Shown one piece after another: positions 41,421-52,239 of a DNA stretch of 64,000 bases (position 1 is its first letter; each line of letters starts with the position of its first letter). This DNA is from Lingula anatina (taxonomy: Eukaryota > Animalia > Brachiopoda): positions 60,676,788 through 60,740,787 of the forward strand of contig CM120640.1 of the NCBI GenBank assembly GCA_051362555.1, in the 5' to 3' direction. Below the pieces are notes generated by a model. The model saw nothing but the letters and a program-made list of their open reading frames with translations, did no database searches and had not been told where the DNA came from. Position numbers and translations under genes: made by a program.

Positions 41421-41961
41421 AATCAAAACTTGAGAGAGCTATGGAAAATGCAAATTTTGGCATTTTTCATAAATATACAGTTACCATAAGATGGCAATTA
41501 TGTGTTATAGGAACTTGGCACTTGCAACACATGCTCCAAACTTTGGGAATTAACTGCCATGGAATGTAAGAAGTCAAAAATTTTCAAATATTTTAAAACT
41601 ATACAAAAACTTGTTTTCAAAGAGCTTTAAAAAGTCTGTTTTAGAACAGTATTTAATAAACTAACCATTGTTTACCTCATATTTATGCTATAAAAAACTA
41701 TTCTTTTTATCTTCAGTGTCATATGTTTGCAATCACTGAGTAAGGCCAGGGTCAAAGATTTTAATGGAAAGTGCCATGAAATAAATCCATTTTATTCCCT
41801 ATGCCAACAACTAGAGTAAGAGAATGTTTTTATTGGTGTTGGTTTATAGGTTTGATTGTGGACAAGATCTCAAAATGTTTTTTCACAAATTTTGATAACA
41901 TTTTTCATGACAGGTGGCTAAAGTCTGTACTTTCAGAATGCTCACTAGTTGTCAATATTAA

Positions 41962-41991
<30 letters not shown>

Positions 41992-41993
<2 letters not shown>

Positions 41994-42075
41994 GGATTCC
42001 CCATAGGGGAATACTATTGTTTTTGGTAGTATTATAGTTATTAGGATTCCCCATAGGGGAATACTATTGTTTTTG

Positions 42076-42123
<48 letters not shown>

Positions 42124-43700
42124 TTTCCGCGCGTTTTTTTTCGCAAAAAATCTGAAATAATTTACATAGGTAGCCTATGGCCAGAATATGCCACAGACCC
42201 AGTTTCAGTGACCTTGACCTACTTTTCAAGGTCACAGGGGCTTTTAAAGGCAAAATTTGTAAAATTTGAAATTGACATTAGGCCTTAAGTATAAGCCATA
42301 TGGCTAAGGGCCTTATAGGCAATGATACTGAGCCAAATCCACAGATAATGACCTACTTTCATTGCAAGTAGGTCAAGGTCAAGGTCGCTAATGGCCAAAC
42401 GGGCTCAAAAAAGGTTTGTTTCCGAGATCTCAGAAACCGGATATCCCAGAGCCCCGATCATAGTGGCAAATGGTGCCCTATATATTTATCTAAGGTTAGC
42501 CGTACTTTGGTAGCGACTGCTTAATTACTTTTTTTAATATAGATTTTTAAATATTTATGACATTGCAGAAATCTTGAGTTTGGCAGTTTCTCCATGAAAC
42601 ACTGGTTTTTGGTCATAGCATGCTATAGTAAACTACCCCAAACATATACCCAAAACCCCCAAATCAAATGTCAAATTTGACCTTGACCCTCATTTTCAAG
42701 GTCATTTGGCTATTTCATGGAGAAATATTGAAGTGGGCTAAAAGTGATGTTTTGTTGACTCCCCCCCCCCCCCCAATTCGCACATGCTCTTTCAGAATAT
42801 GGGGTCAAATTTAACCCATGACCTTCACATGACCTTGTAAGAGCATTTTTACACCTATTTTGCAGGGGAATCCTCCGCCACTGGCTTTAGCCAGTTGCAG
42901 TCTAGTTCTTATTATTATTATTTTTTCCGTGCGTTTTTTTTCGCAAAAAATCTGAAATAATTATCATAGGTAGCCTATGGTAAGAATATGCCATAGACCC
43001 AGTTTCAGTGACCTTGACCTACTTTCCAAGGTCACAGGGGCTTTTAAAGGCAAAATTTGTAAAATTTGAAATTGCCATTAGGCCTAAAGTATAAGCCATA
43101 TGGCTAAGGGCCTTATGGCCAATAATACTGAGGTGAATCCACAGATAATGACCTAGTTTTATGCAAGTAGGTCAAGGTCAAGGTCGCTAATGGCCAAACG
43201 GGCTCAAAAAAGGTTTGTTTCCGAGATCTCAGAAACCGGAAGGCCCAGAGCCCCAATCACAGTGGCAAATGATGCCCTATATATTGATCTAAGGTTAGCC
43301 GTACTTTGGTAGCGACTGCTAAATTACTTTTTTTTATAAAGATTTTAAAATATTTATGACATTGCAGAAATCTTGAGTTTGGCAGTTTCTCCATGAAACA
43401 CTGGTTTTTGGTCATAGCATGCTATAGTAAACTACCCCAAACATATACCCAAAACCCCCAAATCAAATGTCAAATTTGACCTTGACCCTCATTTTCAAGG
43501 TCATTTGGCTATTTCATGGAGAAATATTGAATGGGCTAAAAGTGATGTTTTGTTGACCCCCCCCCCCCAATTTGCACATGCTCTTTCAGAATATGGGGTC
43601 AAATTAAACCCATGACCTTCACATGACCTTGTAAGAGCATTTCCACACCTATTTTGCAGGGGAATCCTCCGCCACTGCCTTTAGCCAGTTGCAGTCTAGT
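41992..43700 (+). mobile_element. Head-to-tail dimer of a ~790-bp Helitron/Helentron-type non-autonomous element
   Basis: 5' aggattccccataggggaata hairpin (twice) and (ATT)n. Body ~42120-42906 is repeated at ~42920-43700. Each copy ends ggggaatcct, then hairpin actggctttagccagt, then CTAG. Confidence 0.8.
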
Positions 43701-43777
43701 TATTATTATTATTATTATTATGTCAGAGTCTACTCCAGTAATAAAAGAGAAAAACAATTGGTGGTTATAAATCTCAA

Positions 43778-43936
43778 CTATTCTTTATTTGTCTTCGTTC
43801 TCCAATTCAGTATGCTATATTGTTCAAGCTGTGAGGAAGTTACTGAAGGTTTTAAATTGGCCAAAACTCCAGCAAAGTCTTGCTGAGTAATTACTTCTAC
43901 ATCCAGCCCTCTTTCACTTAATGCATGAAGACTTGC
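43778..43936 (-). CDS. SPATA5L1: SPATA5L1/AFG2B coding exon 8 (last)
   Basis: tttcag|ASLHALSERGLDVEVITQQDFAGVLANLKPSVTSSQLEQY...*; 159 nt. Confidence 0.85.
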   Translation of the reverse strand, partial: ASLHALSERGLDVEVITQQDFAGVLANLKPSVTSSQLEQYSILNWRTKTNKE

Positions 43937-45314
43937 CTGAAACATAATGGGAAATATTCATGTCAGTGAGGATAAATGCTAATACATATGATATTACAGT
44001 ATACGTATATAGGATAAATGTGTATATAAAAAGAAGGAACCCAGTGAATCACAAGCAACTGAAATTCAATTGTTGAAAGTATAAAAACCTGTACATATAT
44101 GAAGCTTAGACAAGCCAGCTAAAGCTGACATATGGACAGAGAATCTTTAACAGTGTAAATATGGAGGAGTGACAAAATAACACTGCAAATGAAAATTTTG
44201 TACAAATCAAGAAATATTAAAACAATAAAAAAGCAAATGAGGCTGATATTTCAGCACTAAGAATCTTTCCTATAAATTTGAGATTAACAACTTGGTTTTT
44301 ATATTATGATTTTCAGGACTGCATTCTCATCGTACTAGCTGGATTGATATAGCTCTGCAAGGCTTCTTGCTTAAGTGCTTCAGTGTAATCAGCTTAATTG
44401 TCCGGCACGCGCCCTTGAGAAACTGGGGGCTAATTGACTTTCGTTAATTACTCCCTAGCAGCTTGAGTAGACGTGCCAGACATTTAAGCTGCTCACACTG
44501 AATGCAGTTTAGTGAGAATCCCCGCAGAGTTAGATCAATCCCGCTAGCATGACTGGTTTATAGGAACACTGCCTATGGCTGCGTTCAGAACAGAAGTTAT
44601 TAACAGGATTGAACTAGCTCATTGGGGATTATCGCTAAGGCACAGTCAATGTAATTAGCTTTATTATCTGGCACGCCCCTCACAAAGCAACATAAACAAT
44701 ATCACGGACCACAATATCCTGACTCACCCAAGTGCTTGAAGTTATGAGAGGTGTGACAGATGATTAAGCTCATATTGATTGTACCTTAGCAATAATTCCT
44801 GCTGAGACGGATCGAACCAGTTAGTACAATAACTACTTTGCTGAACAAAGCCTATGATGGCATTAAACAATTTTGTCACTTTGGATGCTATATAACATAA
44901 TCATCCACAGCATAATCACACAAAGTCGAATTATGTACTTCTGTTACTGTTGACATTTTAAAAATAAGTCAGACCTGAAAAATGAAAAAATTCACAAATA
45001 ACTTCAGAAATGCAAGAAAAACAAGAAGTGTAATCCAGTCAGACTGATTTTCCAGCTAAAACTGTATTCTAGTCCTACCAGTCATTTATGTAAGTCTAAG
45101 AATAATGTGTAGCATATTTTTTCTTTTTATGGTTTAATACCAGTAAAGAGTGCATCCGGGCAACAACAGCTGCAGGTGATGGCTGTATGTCCAGACACAG
45201 TGTCTGTCCATAAAAAGTATATTTAACTACATCTTCTGCTTAATATTTATAAAAGCATGAAAATTACAAGTAAAAATGCAAAAGGAATGTGTGTGTGAAT
45301 GAAATTTAAAATAC

Positions 45315-45437
45315 CTCTCTGCACAAATTCTCTAGATCAGCCCCTGTGAACCCAGCAGTTTGCTCAGCCAGCCATCGCACATCTACATCAGTTTTTGGCA
45401 TGTGTCGAGAATGAATTCTGATTATTTCTTCTCTTGC
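45315..45437 (-). CDS. SPATA5L1: SPATA5L1 coding exon 7
   Basis: AREEIIRIHSRHMP..LAEQTAGFTGADLENLCRE (AAA lid); cag|..|gtattt; 123 nt. Confidence 0.9.
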
Positions 45438-45446
45438 CTGTTTTAT

Positions 45447-45518
<72 letters not shown>

Positions 45519-45676
45519 GACTTCATACACAAAAATAAATTGCTACATTTCAGATCATTATAAACTACAAATAACTCACCGAAAAAATAATTATCAAATT
45601 ATTTCTGTCCTTTCTGTTCACTTAATCTTTACTGTTAAGCTAATTAAATAAATCTCATGTCATATGCCCTCACTTA

Positions 45677-45928
<252 letters not shown>

Positions 45929-46174
45929 TTATATATCTTAATATGAATTTCATTTTGCAAATTTGCACTATACTTAGGATTAAACTGGTTCATGGTTATT
46001 AATGGCCTTGGGTTACATCATCTCCATTGCTCAGTAACACAAAAAACACTTGCTGTGCAAACAGTTCAAACTTGGTTATTCTGCTGACCAAACTGATCAT
46101 GCCACATGTGAGATCTAAGAATAGTTGTCATAATCTTATAAATGCTGTACACAAATAACATTATTTAACCTTAC

Positions 46175-46399
46175 TTGTGACCAGGAAGGGACCCCCTCCA
46201 ACAGCCTTTCCTTTCCCCCAGATCTGGTGGTCTTTTCCTCCACTTTGATACCAACACCATCCATTTCATTCAGCAGCACAGATAACACTCTTTCCTGAAC
46301 ACTGCGGTTAGTGCTGGACTCTGATCGTTTGCCTATTATTGAATCAATCTCATCCAGAAACAAGATTGATGGGGCTCCCATTCTTGCTCTGCTGAATGC
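46175..46399 (-). CDS. SPATA5L1: SPATA5L1 coding exon 5
   Basis: [11 protein letters not shown] (Walker B), [17 protein letters not shown], and the SPATA5L1-type insertion that follows; 225 nt. Confidence 0.92.
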
Positions 46400-46664
46400 C
46401 TTGTAGAAAAAAAAAATATAATATATTTCTAAAAAATATATAATATATTTCTATGTCCTCTTATATATAGACTTTTATGTCAATTCTTTTAGAGAAACTT
46501 AACGTCAACTGAGAGCTCTTAATTAGATAACGATATATTACAAATGAACAAAATGGAGAGAATTTTTATACCGAAACCAATTACAGTAATTGCAAAAAAA
46601 AAAAAAAATAGAAATCAAAGTCAAATAAAATAGTAGCATTAAATAATAAAATAAAAAAAAAAAC

Positions 46665-46874
46665 CTCTGATAAGGCCTTTTCTGAATCTCCCACAAATGG
46701 TGAATACAGCTGAGCACCACTAACTGACAGAAAAGTGGCGCCACAGGCAGTTGCTGCAGCTTTCACCAGCATAGTCTTGGAGCAACCTGGGGGCCCATAC
46801 AACAGGACACCTTTTGGTAATGGAAGACCAAGCCGAGAAAATGCCTCAGGATGCTGGAGTGGCCATTCAACAGA
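46665..46874 (-). CDS. SPATA5L1: SPATA5L1 coding exon 4
   Basis: [31 protein letters not shown] (AFG2-type D2 Walker A)..[11 protein letters not shown]; 210 nt. Confidence 0.92.
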
Positions 46875-47118
46875 CTGAAAAAATGTTAGTAAAATATTTT
46901 GACACTGTACATTTATTCAACTTTACCTGGGATGGTACTTTGATAAATAAAACAAAATATGAGTGGCTTCCAATTATTATTCTTATTGCTAAAAAAATAG
47001 AATAAAATTAATAAATAATTGCCAATCTTGAAATAAGATGAACTGTTTATGGCTCTCGTAATAATTAATGTTGAATAATTATTTAAAGCATTTATCACTT
47101 GTCCAAAAAGATTTGTAC

Positions 47119-47274
47119 CTGCTTTAACTGCAATTTAACAGTCTGCAAACCACCTATTTGCTCCCAAAGTACTGGCTTGCCGTCAACTAATATGTCTGAA
47201 CCTTTCTGTGTGCTTGGGGTGATGTTATGGATAGATGTAGTAAAATCCAACATTGTAACAGGTTCAGGATTGAT
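47119..47274 (-). CDS. SPATA5L1: SPATA5L1 coding exon 3
   Basis: INPEPVTMLDF..PVLWEQIGGLQTVKLQLKQ; ttttag|..|gtacaa; 156 nt. Confidence 0.88.
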
Positions 47275-47441
47275 CTAAAAAGTTGCAGCATATACATGTC
47301 CATACATAATCAAAAGGCCACATGTTTAGTTAAGATGAAGTTTTAATATTTAATGACTGTAAGTATTTATTTTCTCTTTAAGAACATTTAAAATAAATTA
47401 GAATGATATTTTAGTGTATATAAGTTAACTTGCATATTTAC

Positions 47442-47645
47442 CCTTTCAACTTTTAGTAAACATTTACACCTGGCCATTGAACTGTATGCAGCTTCGTTAC
47501 AAATGCAAGCCAGGTCAGCACCCACATAGCCCTTTGTCATATCTGCTAACCTATCCAAGTTGACACATTCACCAAGCAATAGGCTCTTGGTGTGAACTGA
47601 CAGAATTTGTCTGCGTTGGCTCTCTGATGGAATCCCAATGAAAAA
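47442..47645 (-). CDS. SPATA5L1: SPATA5L1 coding exon 2
   Basis: FFIGIPSESQRRQIL..LADMTKGYVGADLACICNEAA; 204 nt, phase 0. Confidence 0.88.
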
Positions 47646-47759
47646 CTGAAGAAATGAAAGTTCATATCTTACAATAGCATTGATGGCTTTAACTTGCAGT
47701 TATACAAAAGACGATATAAATCTGTCAAACAACTAGAAATTGTTACTATTAACCTGTGA

Positions 47760-47985
47760 CTCAGGCAGCACAGATTTCCTCGCTGAGATTTCAAGCTTCT
47801 ACAGAAGATTTCCATAAAATTTCCTCGATTTCTCCAGACTTTGTATTGGGCCAGTGAGCTCTGGTCCATCAATGTGTAGTGCAAATACACAATATTCATT
47901 GCAAATGGCCCTCACAAGAGAAGTTTGTCCAGTTCCTGGATGACCAGACAGTAGAACCCCACTTTCTACTTGACAAGTTGTTACT
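47760..47985 (-). pseudogene. Degenerate intronic duplicate of the SPATA5L1 D1 Walker-A segment
   Basis: GVLLSGHPGTGQTSLVRAICNEYCVFALHIDGPELTGP aligns to exon 1 (~48385-48560) and then frameshifts. Confidence 0.85.
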
Positions 47986-48135
47986 GATACTACAATACTG
48001 GTTGGGCAATAAGGAAAAAAAATAATAAACATATAATATACACAAAATGAACAAAAATAAATAAGAAAAGCTCTTTTTGTTTAAAAAAAATGGAGTTTTT
48101 TACCTAACATGTAAAAATTTGAAATGTTGACTTAC

Positions 48136-49236
48136 CTCCTGGTCAAACCTTCCTGATCTTCGCAGAGATGGGTCTACAGCAGAAGCTCTATTAGTGGCAG
48201 CAAGCACCACCAACTTCTCTCTTGATTGCAAACCATCCATCAGTGTCAGCAACTGACCCAACATTCTTCCGTCTTGCTGACCAGATTTGCTCTGCCTTGG
48301 ACACAAGGAGTCAATTTCATCAATGAATAACACTGTAGGACCTTCTTTGCTAAGATTGATAGCTTCTTTGAAAGATTTACGTAAATTTTCCTCACTTTCT
48401 CCAGGTCTTGGGCCAGTGAGCTCCGGTCCATTGATGTGAAGTAGAACAACAGCATATTCACTGCAAATGGCTCTCACAAGAGAAGTTTTACCTGTCCCTG
48501 GAGGACCAGACAGTAGAACGCCTTTTGGTAGTTCCAGTCTGACATTTTCTACTTGTTGCTGATACTGAAATGGTAAGCTGATTATTTCCCTTAACTTTTT
48601 AGCTTCTTGTTCCAGGCCTCCAATAGAAGACATGTCTGATGTTCTTTTTTGGCAATAATCATATCGTCTTTTGCTGATCACTTTTTTTATTTCAATATCT
48701 GTGACTGTTAGCACTCTACCAACTTCTAAGTTATCTGGAAGAGCTGTAGCAATTTCAATGTATGATATTCCATAAAGCTTTCCCAATGTATGCTCTGTGA
48801 AGTCGACTTTGAAATTTGCAGCCACATACAAATTGTTGAGAAGACACCTACACTTGGATATAAGATATCCTTTTTTCATATTTGGATTTTCATTCAGTTT
48901 TAGGACAAAATCTAAATCAGTCATTACAACATTTAAATAAACAGCAGAAAATTGTTTGACATGCTTAAAAACTGTTATCTGATTGTTCTCCATATCATTT
49001 AATTTTTCAGCTTGAGCATCAGGTTGCACTGAAGTAACAAATCCATCTACTTGTAGAAATTTTTCATGGCAGTCCTCTCTGGGCCATGCTATGCTAAGGT
49101 GACACTGGTTCTTCCACCATATTTTTACACAGTTTCCCAGGGAAACTCCAAGCCTGGACATAAGCAAAGGTCCCAATCTACATCTTTGACTATGCATGTC
49201 AAACACATCAAGTGGGAGTACTATTAAATGATCCAT
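48136..49236 (-). CDS. SPATA5L1: SPATA5L1/AFG2B (AAA+ ATPase, ~770 aa total) coding exon 1: N-domain plus D1
   Basis: N-terminal QRCRLGP, GVLLSGPPGTGKT, RPGESEENLR, VLFIDEIDSLCP and AATNR..LRRSGRFDQE; donor gag|gtaagt. Confidence 0.92.
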
Positions 49237-49639
49237 TGATATTATGCAATTGATCTTTGGTTTTATTGCTATAGCTAAAAGAAATTGAAATATATATTAA
49301 TTGTAAATCAATTGAACTTCTTGTAACTAACTGTAACATCTATTTGGTGTATGCATTAGCATATGAAATTAAGATACCCTTTTCCTCAAACTTTAAAGTC
49401 AATCTTTACAGTAACCTCTAATAAGAAAAACACCATTATACTCAGTATAACAACTGCTGTTATCATACCATGATATAGTTAAATAAAGCAAGATAATTAA
49501 GTTCCTCACCTAGTTTGACCTCCCCAACAGGCGATATTACGCGTTTCCTCCTTTAACCTCTAAGAGGACAGTTTTAACTAGGCTCAAATCAGGTTTAAAC
49601 TGTCTGTGTGGAAAGAGCAGCACTTCAACTATCTGTAAC

Positions 49640-50385
49640 TATTTAAAAAGTTTTTATTTATGATACATCCACATTTTAGATTTGCCTGTTGACTGTTTCT
49701 TCTCTTCACTCTGACAGACTTGATCACAACTGAATTTTTGGGGTTGAGGTTCAGGTGCACAGGTAATTATCTCAGTTTTGATGATGACATGTTCACCCCC
49801 CCCCCCCCCCCCCCCACCACCACCACCACCACCACCACCACCACCAGGGTGGGTTTGAGAATGTAATCATAAACACGGGACAGTTTGTGTGCTCCATCAT
49901 CTATATTCATGGTGTGTTTCTTTTTTCTTATCCAGATGGATTCTAAAACCTTGCACTTGTTGTAATTACTTTCACTGGTTAGCACTTTAGCATTGTCCTA
50001 TTTTGACACATGGTTGTTATCTAATGTATGATCTGTGGAGACAAATTTGTGTAAAACTCCTGTCAACAGAGCATTTGGATCTGTTGTTAACTCCCTTACT
50101 TATATTTTCTATTACATCTTTCTTGTGTTCCTCTAGTCTCATTTCCAGTTTTCTTCACGTCTCTCAAACACATACTCTGTCCCACAGTTGAGCTCATACA
50201 CTATTCCACACTCCTTGCTGCAGTCCTCTGTCTTTTTTTTTTATCATCAAAACTTAGGCAACTACCTGTTCACCTTCACCTGAACAGGTAATTCAGTTGT
50301 GACCAAGTCTGTCAGAGTGAACAGACGAGACAGTCAACAGGTAAATCTAATAAGTGAATCTATCATAAATGAAAACTTTCTATCA
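49640..50385 (-). mobile_element. Penelope-like retroelement 3' remnant (GIY-YIG endonuclease tail) with inverted pseudo-LTRs
   Basis: Minus strand reads GIVYELNC..RKLEMRLEEH..NAKVLTSESNYNKCKVLESIWIRK..MNIDDGAHKLSRVYD. An ~140-bp inverted repeat lies at ~49650-49787 and ~50243-50380. Confidence 0.8.
50296..50338 (+). ncRNA. Putative minimal type I hammerhead ribozyme, variant core (second copy on - strand at 49688-49730)
   Basis: gtt-GTGACCA-a-gtctgt[cagagtga]acagac-GAGA-cag-TC-aac. The other copy has GTGATCA and GAAA. Both lie in Penelope terminal repeats, where such motifs are expected. Confidence 0.55.
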
Positions 50386-52064
50386 AAAAACTGAGATCCA
50401 ACTAGAGGATCAGAGAGGTGATACTGCCTCCAGATATTGTACCACCAGCTGGAGTAAGCACATTCATATGGAAAACCAGAAAAAAAGGGACACCACCATC
50501 ACCATCTTGTGCTTGACAAGCTCTAATAAAATGCAATCAAAAAGAGTTTTAAAAAAATGCAAATAAACATAACTAAAAATGGTCCAATCAAGCAGATTTT
50601 CAAATTGACCCATATTTTCCTAACATTGATCGCCCCTAGGATTTTCTAGACAATAGGCCTGTTGGTTTCCTTGAAATGTGTTATGTAGGGTTGCATATAT
50701 GCTGACAGAAGAGAAAACCTAGGGGCAACACTGGGCATATCTCTGCTAGTTTTAAAGATATATGGGGCAAGAAAATATGCAACGTTCAGTTCATGGTGAA
50801 AATTAGGTCAAAGGTCAATTTCAGGGTCACAGTTACATTGCCAGTATATGACTTCCTATTCAAATTCAATAGTAACTATGTGCATATCTTTGCCAGTTTT
50901 GGAGATATAAAGATCAGAAAACGTGCAAAGTGCAGTCATAAAAAGTAGGTCAAAGGTCAATTTCAAGGTCACAGTAAGATTACCAATATATGACTTCCTA
51001 TTCAAGTTCAATACAACTATGGGCGTATCTCTGCTAATTTTGGAGTAATTCACATTTTATTTTCACCATTGAACATTGTGACATTGTACTTTTTGATATA
51101 GCGCAACGCCTAAACCGTATCGAAAACAACAAAAATGGACACCACCTCCAGTATTGCGTGTCGTGCCCAGGCTAATGCACTGACTGAGACAAAAATACCA
51201 GGGGGTTCCAGTTGAGATGATATGACCTAAATCCAAAAGGTGGAGACACAGGTCCTTGCAGTCTAGGAGAAGAAGTGATAACGGTGACTTATATCCCACA
51301 ACACCCTGCGGAGCCGTACGAGACGGTTGGGACTAAAAACATGAGTACCACCAGCGTACACACTGGTGTTACTAATGAAACCATTTTCATACCTGTAACT
51401 AGTGAGCCCAACTAGTGAAATAAAAGAAATTAAAATAAAAATGAAGGAAACAGAAGCATGGGTACAGATACGACTTACTTGACGTCATGTGTGAGGAAAA
51501 TTAATGTAACACCTATATCTCAAGAAATATGTTATAAAATAAAATAAAATAAAATAAAATAAAATAAAATAAAATAAAGAGTGATCTATGCAGGTAAGAA
51601 GAGATCTGTAAAGATCTCAGGTAAGTAGGTGTTTCTTTGACCCTGAGACCTGAACTTGAGATTGCCAGTTAACTATTGATGTTCATAACCAATTTTTGCT
51701 GGCTGGTAGAGATAAAGATACATAATGAAAAAGTGTGACAGGTGAGTTTTTGATGTCAGTGACAGGTAAGTCAGACTGTGGCTTAATCATTGTCCTTCTT
51801 AATATAAATTGATTTGATCATGTTTATTAAACTGCTCTTTCATTTAACAAGAATCTTTATACAAAGATAATTAAATGCAAATTGCCTTGGTTACTACTCT
51901 TCTTGGTTCTTGAGAGTTCCTGTTTGTGAAGTTAGTTACTAATAAAATCTGCACCTTGTTCAAATGATACTTTTATATCGAATGTGATTATTTCTGCAAA
52001 ATAATGTTAGTTAGACTGTGAGATAAAAAAATGTTCACAATCAGATCCCATTTAATGGAGTTAA

Positions 52065-52210
52065 TTACTGACATAGATTTTGTGGATGATATATGTCTCT
52101 TGAGTAATGAAAACACACAGGCACAGATACTTTTACGGTTGGATCCGAGTGTGAGAAGGTGGGGCTTGAGTTGAATACAAAGAAAACTGAAGTAATGAAT
52201 TACAACTAAA
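52065..52210 (+). mobile_element. LINE RT fragment
   Basis: TDIDFVDDICLLS, then VGLELNTKKTEVMNY. Confidence 0.65.
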
Positions 52211-52239
52211 ACCAGCCTTGGGGGCAGAACTAAAGAAAA

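Noticed and set aside
46581-49236. Calling the ATPase VCP/p97, SPATA5 or NVL
   Set aside because: The QRCRLGP N-terminus, [21 protein letters not shown] and the post-Walker-B insertion fit SPATA5L1/AFG2B better.
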